A stretch of DNA of 64,000 nt from the human T2T-CHM13v2.0 reference genome, Homo sapiens, in assembly GCF_009914755.1 (NCBI RefSeq), contig NC_060948.1. One strand, 5' to 3'. Positions 1 through 12,600 of the stretch are shown here, in pieces. Position numbers and translations under genes: made by a program. The notes under the pieces were generated by a model. That model ran no database searches, was not told the origin of the DNA, and worked only from the letters and a program-made list of their open reading frames with translations. Each line of letters opens with the position of its first letter. Positions within the stretch are counted from its first letter, which is position 1.

Positions 1-223
1 ATGGATTCGAAAGGAATGGAAACTAATGGAATGGAATTAAACGGAAATGAATCAAATAGAATAGAACGGAATTGAATTGAATGGAATCGAATGCAATGGA
101 ATCTAATGAAACGGAAAGGAATGGAATGGAATGGGCTGGAATGGAATGGAATCGAAACGAATGGAATGGAATCGAACTGAAGAGACTGGAATGGAATGCA
201 CTGGAATGGAAGGGAATGTAATG

Positions 224-236
224 GAAGGTTCTCGAA
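224..236. promoter_or_regulatory. Perfect heat-shock-element consensus GAAggTTCtcGAA (site A; intact in 9 units, disrupted in 10)
   Basis: Sequence matches the HSF1 consensus nGAAnnTTCnnGAAn. Also intact at 35580, 39178, 42732, 46286, 49825, 53349, 60435 and 63988. Motif match only; binding is not shown. Confidence 0.5.
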
Positions 237-400
237 AAAAATGGAATCGAAAGGAATGGAATTGAATGGAACGGAATAGAGTCGAATGGAATTCAATGGA
301 ATGGAATGGACTAGAGTGAAATGGAATCGAACCACAAGGAATGGACAGGAATAGAATGGTCTCGAATTGAATGGAATCGTATGGAATGGCATCAAACGGA

Positions 401-440
401 ATGGAATGGACAGCCACGGAATGGAATGGACACCCACGGA
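401..440 (+). repeat. 20-bp internal tandem duplication (atggaatggacagccacgga / atggaatggacacccacgga) marking the left-hand unit lineage
   Basis: Two copies in every unit up to ~35790; a single copy from ~39360 onward. Confidence 0.85.
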
Positions 441-1264
441 ATGGAATGCACTCGAATGCAATGGAGTCGACACTAATGGACTGGAATAGAATGGACTCGA
501 CTGGTACGGACTCCAATGGAATGGAATCGAATGGAAGGGAATCGAACGGAATGGACTCGAAGGGAAAAGACTGCAATGGAAAGGTCTCGAATGGAATGGA
601 AATTAATGGAATGGAATGGAATCGAATGAAATGGAGTCAAAAGGAATGGAATCGAATGGCAAGAAATCGAATGTAATGGAATCGCAAGGAATTGATGTGA
701 ACGGAACGGAATGGAATGGAATCCAAAGGAATGGAATAGAATGGAATGGAATCGAATGGAAAGGACTCGAATGGAAATCACTCGAATAGAATGCAATTTA
801 ATAAAATAGGATCAAATGTAATGGAATGGAATGGAAAGGAATCGAAACGAAAGGAATGGAGACAGATGGAATGGAATGGAACAGAGAGCAATGGTATAGA
901 ATGGAATGGAATCATCTGGAATGGAATTGAATGGAATGGAATAATATGAAATGGAATGGAATGGAATGGAATGCCCTTGAATTAAATGGACTGGAATGCA
1001 ATGGACTCGAACAGAGTGGAATGGAAAGTGTTGAAATAGAATGGAATGGACTCGTTTGGAATGGTCTAGTATGCAATGCAATCGACTGGCAGGGAATCAA
1101 AAGGAATGTAATCGAATGGATTGGACTGGAATGCAATGGACTCGAATAGATTGGAAACGGAAAGCAAAGGAATGGAATGGAATAGTATGGAATGGAATGC
1201 AAAGGAATGGAGTGGAATAGACTAGAGTGGAATGGAATGGACTCGAAAGCAATGGACTGGAATG

Positions 1265-1277
1265 GAACTTTCTTGAA
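1265..1277. promoter_or_regulatory. Perfect heat-shock-element consensus GAActTTCttGAA (site B, one per unit)
   Basis: Matches nGAAnnTTCnnGAAn and recurs in each unit. There is a spacer-only variant GAAcaTTCttGAA near 43753, and the site is broken near 47302. Motif match only. Confidence 0.5.
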
Positions 1278-3126
1278 TGGACTGGAATCAAACGGAATGG
1301 AATGCAATGCAATCAAATGGCATGGAATAAAATAGAATGAAATAGAATCAAATGGAATTGAATCGAATGGAATCGAATGGATTGGAAAGGAATAGAATGG
1401 AATGGAATGGAATTGACTCAAATGGAATGGACTAGAATGGAATGGATTCGAATGGAAGGCAAAGGAATGGAATCTATTGGAATGGACTGTAATGGAATGG
1501 AATGGAAGGGATTGGAATGGACTCGAATGGAATGGACTGCAGTAGAAAGGATTCGAATGGAATGAAAAAGAATTGAATGGAATAGAACAGAATGGAATCA
1601 AATCGAATGAAATGGAATAGAATAGAAAGGAATGGAATGAAATGGAATGGAAAGGATTCGAATGGAATGCAATCGAATGGAATGCAATCGAATGGAATGG
1701 AATCGAACGGAATGGAATAAAATGGAAGAAAACTGGCAAGAAATGGAATCGAAATGAATGGAGTGTTATGGAACGGACTCAAAAGGAATTGAATGTAATA
1801 GAATGGAGTGGAGTGGACTCGAATATAATGGACTGGAATGGAATGAAATCACATGGAATGGGAACGAATGGAATGGAATGGAAAGGAATGGAATCGAATG
1901 CAAAGGAATCGAATGGAAGGGAATGAAATTGAATCAACAGGAATGGAAGGGAGTAGAATAGACGGTAATGGAATGGACTCGAATAGAATGGACACGAATG
2001 CTCAAATTGAATGGACTCGAATGGAATGGCAACGAAAGGAATGTCATCGAATGGAATTGAATCGATTGGAATGAAATCACATAGAATGGAGTGGAATCAA
2101 ATGGAATTGAATCGAAAGGAAAGGAAGCGAATGGACTGAAATGAAATGGAATGGAATTGAATGGAAATTAATTCAATGGCATAGAATGGAACGAAATTTC
2201 ACGGAATGGAATCAAACTGAATGGAATCAAATCAATGGAATATAATCAAATGGAATGGAAAGGAATTGAATGGAGTAGATTGAATTGGATGGGATTGGAA
2301 TGAAATGTACTGGAAAGGACTCGAATTTCATGAAACGGAATGGAATGAATTAGAACGGAATGGACTCGAATGGAATGGAATGTCATGGAATGGCATCAAA
2401 TGGAATGGGATCGAATGCGATGGAATGCTATGGAATGGAATGGAATGCATTGGAATGGAATGTCCTCTAATGGAATGTATTCGAGTGGAATGGAATCGAA
2501 TATAATGGAGTCTAATGAAATGGAATTGAAAGGAATGGGACCGAATACAATGGAATATACTGGAATGTAATGTAATGAACTCGAATGTAATTGACTGGAA
2601 TGGAATGTACATGAATGGAATGTAATCGAATGGAAAGCAATCCAATGGAATAGAATCTAATGCAATAAAATTGACTCAAATAGAGTAGAATGTAATGGAA
2701 TGGAGTGCAGTGCAATGGAATGGAATGGAATGGAATGCAATGGAATGGAATGGAATGGAATGGGATGGAATGGTATGGAATGGATAGTAATGGACTGGAG
2801 TGAAATGGACTGGAAAAGAATGGACTCAAATTGAAAGGGCTCGAAAGGAATGGAGTCAAATGGAATGGTCTGGAATGGAATGAACACGAATGTAATGCAA
2901 TCCAATGGAATGGAATCGAATGGCATGGAATATAAAGAAATGGAATCGAAGAGAATGGAAACAAATGGAATGGAATTGAATGGAATGGAATTGAATGGAA
3001 TGGGAACGAATGGAGTGAAATTGTATGCAGTAGAAGAGAATAGAATGGAATGCAAGCGAAAGGAAAGGAATGGATTGGAATGGAATGGAATTCATTGGAA
3101 TGGAAGGGAATGTAGTGTAATGGACA

Positions 3127-6100
3127 GGCCTGGAATAAAGTGGAATGCTACGGTCTCGAATGGAATAAAAATGTATGGAATGGAATGCAATGAAACGGAA
3201 TCGAATGTCATAGAATGTAATGGAATGCAAAAAAATGGACTCCAAAATCATTGACTGGAAAGGCTGGGTGTCGAAAGGAATTGACTCCAATGGAATGGAA
3301 GTGAATAGAATCGAACTAAATCGAATGGAATGGAATTGATAGGAACGGAATGGAAAGGAATGCAATGATTTGGCATGGAATGGAATCGAATGGCATCGAA
3401 TGGAATGGAATGGAATGCAATGGAATGGAATGTATTAGAATGTAATGAACTTTAATGGAATGTACTCGAATGGATTCGACTGGAATGGAATGTTCTCGAA
3501 GTGAATGGACTCCAATGGAATGGATTCGAAAGGAATGGAATCTAATGGAATGGAATTAAATGGAAATGAATCAAATTGAATAGAACGGAATTGAATTGAA
3601 TGGAATCGAATGCAATGGAATCTAATGAAACGGAAAGGAAAGGAATGGAATGGATTGGAATGGAATGGGCTGTAATGGAATGGAATCGAAACGAATGGAA
3701 TGGAATCGAACTGAAGAGACTGGAATGGAATGCACTGGAATGGAAGGGAATGTAATGGAAGGTTCTCAAAAAAATGGAATCGAAAGGAATGGAATTGAAT
3801 GGAACGGAATAGAGTCGAATGGAATTCAATGGAATGGAATGGACTAGAGTGAAATGGAATCGAACCACAAGGAATGGACAGGAATAGAATGGTCTCGAAT
3901 TGAATGGAATCGTATGGAATGGCATCAAACGGAATGGAATGGACAGCCACGGAATGGAATGGACAGCCACGGAATGGAATGCACTCGAATGCAATGGAGT
4001 CGACACTAATGGACTGGAATAGAATGGACTCGACTGGTACGGACTCCAATGGAATGGAATCGAATGGAAGGGAATCGAACGGAATGGACTCGAAGGGAAA
4101 AGACTGCAATGGAATGGTCTCGAATGGAATGGAAATTAATGGAATGGAATGGAATCGAATGAAATGGAGTCAAAAGGAATGGAATCGAATGGCAAGAAAT
4201 CGAATGTAATGGAATCGCAAGGAATTGATGTGAACGGAACGGAATGGAATGGAATCCAAAGGAATGGAATAGAATGGAATGGAATCGAATGGAAAGGACT
4301 CGAATGGAAATCACTCGAATAGAATGCAATTTAATAAAATAGGATCAAATGTAATGGAATGGAATGGAAAGGAATCGAAACGAAAGGAATGGAGACAGAT
4401 GGAATGGAATGGAACAGAGAGCAATGGTATAGAATGGAATGGAATCATCTGGAATGGAATTGAATGGAATGGAATAATATGAAATGGAATGGAATGGAAT
4501 GGAATGCCCTTGAATTAAATGGACTGGAATGCAATGGACTCGAACAGAGTGGAATGGAAAGTGTTGAAATAGAATGGAATGGACTCGTTTGGAATGGTCT
4601 AGTATGCAATGCAATCGACTGGCAGGGAATCAAAAGGAATGTAATCGAATGGATTGGACTGGAATGCAATGGACTCGAATAGATTGGAAACGGAAAGCAA
4701 AGGAATGGAATGGAATAGTATGGAATGGAATGCAAAGGAATGGAGTGGAATAGACTAGAGTGGAATGGAATGGACTCGAAAGCAATGGACTGGAATGGAA
4801 CTTTCTTGAATGGACTGGAATCAAACGGAATGGAATGCAATGCAATCAAATGGCATGGAATAAAATAGAATGAAAGAGAATCAAATGGAATTGAATCGAA
4901 TGGAATCGAATGGATTGGAAAGGAATAGAATGGAATGGAATGGAATTGACTCAAATGGAATGGACTAGAATGGAATGGATTCGAATGGAAGGCAAAGGAA
5001 TGGAATCTATTGGAATGGACTGTAATGGAATGGAATGGAAGGGATTGGAATGGACTCGAATGGAATGGACTGCAGTAGAAAGGATTCGAATGGAATGAAA
5101 AAGAATTGAATGGAATAGAACAGAATGGAATCAAATCGAATGAAATGGAATAGAATAGAAAGGAATGGAATGAAATGGAATGGAAAGGATTCGAATGGAA
5201 TGCAATCGAATGGAATGCAATCGAATGGAATGGAATCGAACGGAATGGAATAAAATGGAAGAAAACTGGCAAGAAATGGAATCGAAATGAATGGAGTGTT
5301 ATGGAACGGACTCAAAAGGAATTGAATGTAATAGAATGGAGTGGAGTGGACTCGAATATAATGGACTGGAATGGAATGAAATCACATGGAATGGGAACGA
5401 ATGGAATGGAATGGAAAGGAATGGAATCGAATGCAAAGGAATCGAATGGAAGGGAATGAAATTGAATCAACAGGAATGGAAGGGAGTAGAATAGACGGTA
5501 ATGGAATGGACTCGAATAGAATGGACACGAATGCTCAAATTGAATGGACTCGAATGGAATGGCAACGAAAGGAATGTCATCGAATGGAATTGAATCGATT
5601 GGAATGAAATCACATAGAATGGAGTGGAATCAAATGGAATTGAATCGAAAGGAAAGGAAGCGAATGGACTGAAATGAAATGGAATGGAATTGAATGGAAA
5701 TTAATTCAATGGCATAGAATGGAACGAAATTTCACGGAATGGAATCAAACTGAATGGAATCAAATCAATGGAATATAATCAAATGGAATGGAAAGGAATT
5801 GAATGGAGTAGATTGAATTGGATGGGATTGGAATGAAATGTACTGGAAAGGACTCGAATTTCATGAAACGGAATGGAATGAATTAGAACGGAATGGACTC
5901 GAATGGAATGGAATGTCATGGAATGGCATCAAATGGAATGGGATCGAATGCGATGGAATGCTATGGAATGGAATGGAATGCATTGGAATGGAATGTCCTC
6001 TAATGGAATGTATTCGAGTGGAATGGAATCGAATATAATGGAGTCTAATGAAATGGAATTGAAAGGAATGGGACCGAATACAATGGAATATACTGGAATG

Positions 6101-6659
6101 TAATGTAATGAACTCGAATGTAATTGACTGGAATGGAATGTACATGAATGGAATGTAATCGAATGGAAAGCAATCCAATGGAATAGAATCTAATGCAATA
6201 AAATTGACTCAAATAGAGTAGAATGTAATGGAATGGAGTGCAGTGCAATGGAATGGAATGGAATGGAATGCAATGGAATGGAATGGAATGGAATGGGATG
6301 GAATGGTATGGAATGGATAGTAATGGACTGGAGTGAAATGGACTGGAAAAGAATGGACTCAAATTGAAAGGGCTCGAAAGGAATGGAGTCAAATGGAATG
6401 GTCTGGAATGGAATGAACACGAATGTAATGCAATCCAATGGAATGGAATCGAATGGCATGGAATATAAAGAAATGGAATCGAAGAGAATGGAAACAAATG
6501 GAATGGAATTGAATGGAATGGAATTGAATGGAATGGGAACGAATGGAGTGAAATTGTATGCAGTAGAAGAGAATAGAATGGAATGCAAGCGAAAGGAAAG
6601 GAATGGATTGGAATGGAATGGAATTCATTGGAATGGAAGGGAATGTAGTGTAATGGACA
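3127..6659 (+). repeat. Representative complete HaeIII-to-HaeIII DYZ1 unit (3533 bp)
   Basis: GGCC at 3127 and 6660; the internal landmarks (ggctgggtgtc, gaaccacaagg, tttaataaaatagg, gcccttg, gaaaactggcaag) occur once per unit. Confidence 0.9.
3488..3500. promoter_or_regulatory. Perfect heat-shock-element consensus GAAtgTTCtcGAA (site C, one per unit)
   Basis: Matches nGAAnnTTCnnGAAn and is intact in all 18 copies (3488 to 63708), with variation only in the second spacer (tc/tg/tt). Motif match only. Confidence 0.5.
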
Positions 6660-9600
6660 GGCCTGGAATAAAGTGGAATGCTACGGTCTCGAATGGAATA
6701 AAAATGTATGGAATGGAATGCAATGAAACGGAATCGAATGTCATAGAATGTAATGGAATGCAAAAAAATGGACTCCAAAATCATTGACTGGAAAGGCTGG
6801 GTGTCGAAAGGAATTGACTCCAATGGAATGGAAGTGAATAGAATGGAACTAAATCGAATGGAATGGAATTGATAGGAACGGAATGGAAAGGAATGCAATG
6901 ATTTGGCATGGAATGGAATCGAATGGCATCGAATGGAATGGAATGGAATGCAATGGAATGGAATGTATTAGAATGTAATGAACTTTAATGGAATGTACTC
7001 GAATGGATTCGACTGGAATGGAATGTTCTCGAAGTGAATGGACTCCAATGGAATGGATTCGAAAGGAATGGAATCTAATGGAATGGAATTAAATGGAAAT
7101 GAATCAAATTGAATAGAACGGAATTGAATTGAATGGAATCGAATGCAATGGAATCTAATGAAACGGAAAGGAAAGGAATGGAATGGATTGGAATGGAATG
7201 GGCTGTAATGGAATGGAATCGAAACGAATGGAATGGAATCGAACTGAAGAGACTGGAATGGAATGCACTGGAATGGAAGGGAATGTAATGGAAGGTTCTC
7301 AAAAAAATGGAATCGAAAGGAATGGAATTGAATGGAACGGAATAGAGTCGAATGGAATTCAATGGAATGGAATGGACTAGAGTGAAATGGAATCGAACCA
7401 CAAGGAATGGACAGGAATAGAATGGTCTCGAATTGAATGGAATCGTATGGAATGGCATCAAACGGAATGGAATGGACAGCCACGGAATGGAATGGACACC
7501 CACGGAATGGAATGCACTCGAATGCAATGGAGTCGACACTAATGGACTGGAATAGAATGGACTCGACTGGTACGGACTCCAATGGAATGGAATCGAATGG
7601 AAGGGAATCGAACGGAATGGACTCGAAGGGAAAAGACTGCAATGGAATGGTCTCGAATGGAATGGAAATTAATGGAATGGAATGGAATCGAATGAAATGG
7701 AGTCAAAAGGAATGGAATCGAATGGCAAGAAATCGAATGTAATGGAATCGCAAGGAATTGATGTGAACGGAACGGAATGGAATGGAATCCAAAGGAATGG
7801 AATAGAATGGAATGGAATCGAATGGAAAGGACTCGAATGGAAATCACTCGAATAGAATGCAATTTAATAAAATAGGATCAAATGTAATGGAATGGAATGG
7901 AAAGGAATCGAAACGAAAGGAATGGAGACAGATGGAATGGAATGGAACAGAGAGCAATGGTATAGAATGGAATGGAATCATCTGGAATGGAATTGAATGG
8001 AATGGAATAATATGAAATGGAATGGAATGGAATGGAATGCCCTTGAATTAAATGGACTGGAATGCAATGGACTCGAACAGAGTGGAATGGAAAGTGTTGA
8101 AATAGAATGGAATGGACTCGTTTGGAATGGTCTAGTATGCAATGCAATCGACTGGCAGGGAATCAAAAGGAATGTAATCGAATGGATTGGACTGGAATGC
8201 AATGGACTCGAATAGATTGGAAACGGAAAGCAAAGGAATGGAATGGAATAGTATGGAATGGAATGCAAAGGAATGGAGTGGAATAGACTAGAGTGGAATG
8301 GAATGGACTCGAAAGCAATGGACTGGAATGGAACTTTCTTGAATGGACTGGAATCAAACGGAATGGAATGCAATGCAATCAAATGGCATGGAATAAAATA
8401 GAATGAAAGAGAATCAAATGGAATTGAATCGAATGGAATCGAATGGATTGGAAAGGAATAGAATGGAATGGAATGGAATTGACTCAAATGGAATGGACTA
8501 GAATGGAATGGATTCGAATGGAAGGCAAAGGAATGGAATCTATTGGAATGGACTGTAATGGAATGGAATGGAAGGGATTGGAATGGACTCGAATGGAATG
8601 GACTGCAGTAGAAAGGATTCGAATGGAATGAAAAAGAATTGAATGGAATAGAACAGAATGGAATCAAATCGAATGAAATGGAATGGAAGAGAAAGGAATG
8701 GAATGAAATGGAATGGAAAGGATTCGAATGGAATGCAATCGAATGGAATGCAATCGAATGGAATGGAATCGAACGGAATGGAATAAAATGGAAGAAAACT
8801 GGCAAGAAATGGAATCGAAATGAATGGAGTGTTATGGAACGGACTCAAAAGGAATTGAATGTAATAGAATGGAGTGGAGTGGACTCGAATATAATGGACT
8901 GGAATGGAATGAAATCACATGGAATGGGAACGAATGGAATGGAATGGAAAGGAATGGAATCGAATGCAAAGGAATCGAATGGAAGGGAATGAAATTGAAT
9001 CAACAGGAATGGAAGGGAGTAGAATAGACGGTAATGGAATGGACTCGAATAGAATGGACACGAATGCTCAAATTGAATGGACTCGAATGGAATGGCAACG
9101 AAAGGAATGTCATCGAATGGAATTGAATCGATTGGAATGAAATCACATAGAATGGAGTGGAATCAAATGGAATTGAATCGAAAGGAAAGGAAGCGAATGG
9201 ACTGAAATGAAATGGAATGGAATTGAATGGAAATTAATTCAATGGCATAGAATGGAACGAAATTTCACGGAATGGAATCAAACTGAATGGAATCAAATCA
9301 ATGGAATATAATCAAATGGAATGGAAAGGAATTGAATGGAGTAGATTGAATTGGATGGGATTGGAATGAAATGTACTGGAAAGGACTCGAATTTCATGAA
9401 ACGGAATGGAATGAATTAGAACGGAATGGACTCGAATGGAATGGAATGTCATGGAATGGCATCAAATGGAATGGGATCGAATGCGATGGAATGCTATGGA
9501 ATGGAATGGAATGCATTGGAATGGAATGTCCTCTAATGGAATGTATTCGAGTGGAATGGAATCGAATATAATGGAGTCTAATGAAATGGAATTGAAAGGA

Positions 9601-12600
9601 ATGGGACCGAATACAATGGAATATACTGGAATGTAATGTAATGAACTCGAATGTAATTGACTGGAATGGAATGTACATGAATGGAATGTAATCGAATGGA
9701 AAGCAATCCAATGGAATAGAATCTAATGCAATAAAATTGACTCAAATAGAGTAGAATGTAATGGAATGGAGTGCAATGCAATGGAATGGAATGGAATGGA
9801 ATGCAATGGAATGGAATGGAATGGAATGGGATGGAATGGTATGGAATGGATAGTAATGGACTGGAGTGAAATGGACTGGAAAAGAATGGACTCAAATTGA
9901 AAGGGCTCGAAAGGAATGGAGTCAAATGGAATGGTCTGGAATGGAATGAACACGAATGTAATGCAATCCAATGGAATGGAATCGAATGGCATGGAATATA
10001 AAGAAATGGAATCGAAGAGAATGGAAACAAATGGAATGGAATTGAATGGAATGGAATTGAATGGAATGGGAACGAATGGAGTGAAATTGTATGCAGTAGA
10101 AGAGAATAGAATGGAATGCAAGCGAAAGGAAAGGAATGGATTGGAATGGAATGGAATTCATTGGAATGGAAGGGAATGTAGTGTAATGGACAGGCCTGGA
10201 ATAAAGTGGAATGCTACGGTCTCGAATGGAATAAAAATGTATGGAATGGAATGCAATGAAACGGAATCGAATGTCATAGAATGTAATGGAATGCAAAAAA
10301 ATGGACTCCAAAATCATTGACTGGAAAGGCTGGGTGTCGAAAGGAATTGACTCCAATGGAATGGAAGTGAATAGAATGGAACTAAATCGAATGGAATGGA
10401 ATTGATAGGAACGGAATGGAAAGGAATGCAATGATTTGGCATGGAATGGAATCGAATGGCATCGAATGGAATGGAATGGAATGCAATGGAATGGAATGTA
10501 TTAGAATGTAATGAACTTTAATGGAATGTACTCGAATGGATTCGACTGGAATGGAATGTTCTCGAAGTGAATGGACTCCAATGGAATGGATTCGAAAGGA
10601 ATGGAATCTAATGGAATGGAATTAAATGGAAATGAATCAAATTGAATAGAACGGAATTGAATTGAATGGAATCGAATGCAATGGAATCTAATGAAACGGA
10701 AAGGAAAGGAATGGAATGGATTGGAATGGAATGGGCTGTAATGGAATGGAATCGAAACGAATGGAATGGAATCGAACTGAAGAGACTGGAATGGAATGCA
10801 CTGGAATGGAAGGGAATGTAATGGAAGGTTCTCAAAAAAATGGAATCGAAAGGAATGGAATTGAATGGAACGGAATAGAGTCGAATGGAATTCAATGGAA
10901 TGGAATGGACTAGAGTGAAATGGAATCGAACCACAAGGAATGGACAGGAATAGAATGGTCTCGAATTGAATGGAATCGTATGGAATGGCATCAAACGGAA
11001 TGGAATGGACAGCCACGGAATGGAATGGACACCCACGGAATGGAATGCACTCGAATGCAATGGAGTCGACACTAATGGACTGGAATAGAATGGACTCGAC
11101 TGGTACGGACTCCAATGGAATGGAATCGAATGGAAGGGAATCGAACGGAATGGACTCGAAGGGAAAAGACTGCAATGGAATGGTCTCGAATGGAATGGAA
11201 ATTAATGGAATGGAATGGAATCGAATGAAATGGAGTCAAAAGGAATGGAATCGAATGGCAAGAAATCGAATGTAATGGAATCGCAAGGAATTGATGTGAA
11301 CGGAACGGAATGGAATGGAATCCAAAGGAATGGAATAGAATGGAATGGAATCGAATGGAAAGGACTCGAATGGAAATCACTCGAATAGAATGCAATTTAA
11401 TAAAATAGGATCAAATGTAATGGAATGGAATGGAAAGGAATCGAAACGAAAGGAATGGAGACAGATGGAATGGAATGGAACAGAGAGCAATGGTATAGAA
11501 TGGAATGGAATCATCTGGAATGGAATTGAATGGAATGGAATAATATGAAATGGAATGGAATGGAATGGAATGCCCTTGAATTAAATGGACTGGAATGCAA
11601 TGGACTCGAACAGAGTGGAATGGAAAGTGTTGAAATAGAATGGAATGGACTCGTTTGGAATGGTCTAGTATGCAATGCAATCGACTGGCAGGGAATCAAA
11701 AGGAATGTAATCGAATGGATTGGACTGGAATGCAATGGACTCGAATAGATTGGAAACGGAAAGCAAAGGAATGGAATGGAATAGTATGGAATGGAATGCA
11801 AAGGAATGGAGTGGAATAGACTAGAGTGGAATGGAATGGACTCGAAAGCAATGGACTGGAATGGAACTTTCTTGAATGGACTGGAATCAAACGGAATGGA
11901 ATGCAATGCAATCAAATGGCATGGAATAAAATAGAATGAAAGAGAATCAAATGGAATTGAATCGAATGGAATCGAATGGATTGGAAAGGAATAGAATGGA
12001 ATGGAATGGAATTGACTCAAATGGAATGGACTAGAATGGAATGGATTCGAATGGAAGGCAAAGGAATGGAATCTATTGGAATGGACTGTAATGGAATGGA
12101 ATGGAAGGGATTGGAATGGACTCGAATGGAATGGACTGCAGTAGAAAGGATTCGAATGGAATGAAAAAGAATTGAATGGAATAGAACAGAATGGAATCAA
12201 ATCGAATGAAATGGAATAGAATAGAAAGGAATGGAATGAAATGGAATGGAAAGGATTCGAATGGAATGCAATCGAATGGAATGCAATCGAATGGAATGGA
12301 ATCGAACGGAATGGAATAAAATGGAAGAAAACTGGCAAGAAATGGAATCGAAATGAATGGAGTGTTATGGAACGGACTCAAAAGGAATTGAATGTAATAG
12401 AATGGAGTGGAGTGGACTCGAATATAATGGACTGGAATGGAATGAAATCACATGGAATGGGAACGAATGGAATGGAATGGAAAGGAATGGAATCGAATGC
12501 AAAGGAATCGAATGGAAGGGAATGAAATTGAATCAACAGGAATGGAAGGGAGTAGAATAGACGGTAATGGAATGGACTCGAATAGAATGGACACGAATGC

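Noticed and set aside
2323-2334. GAAtTTCatGAA as an additional HSE
   Set aside because: The first spacer is only 1 bp, so it is at most a two-unit element and not a canonical trimer.
795-3170. Several AATAAA hexamers per unit (e.g. ~800, 1326, 1715, 2664, 3134, 3164)
   Set aside because: They are easily generated from GGAAT by G>A changes, lack clear downstream GU-rich elements, and cannot be called poly(A) sites without transcript data.
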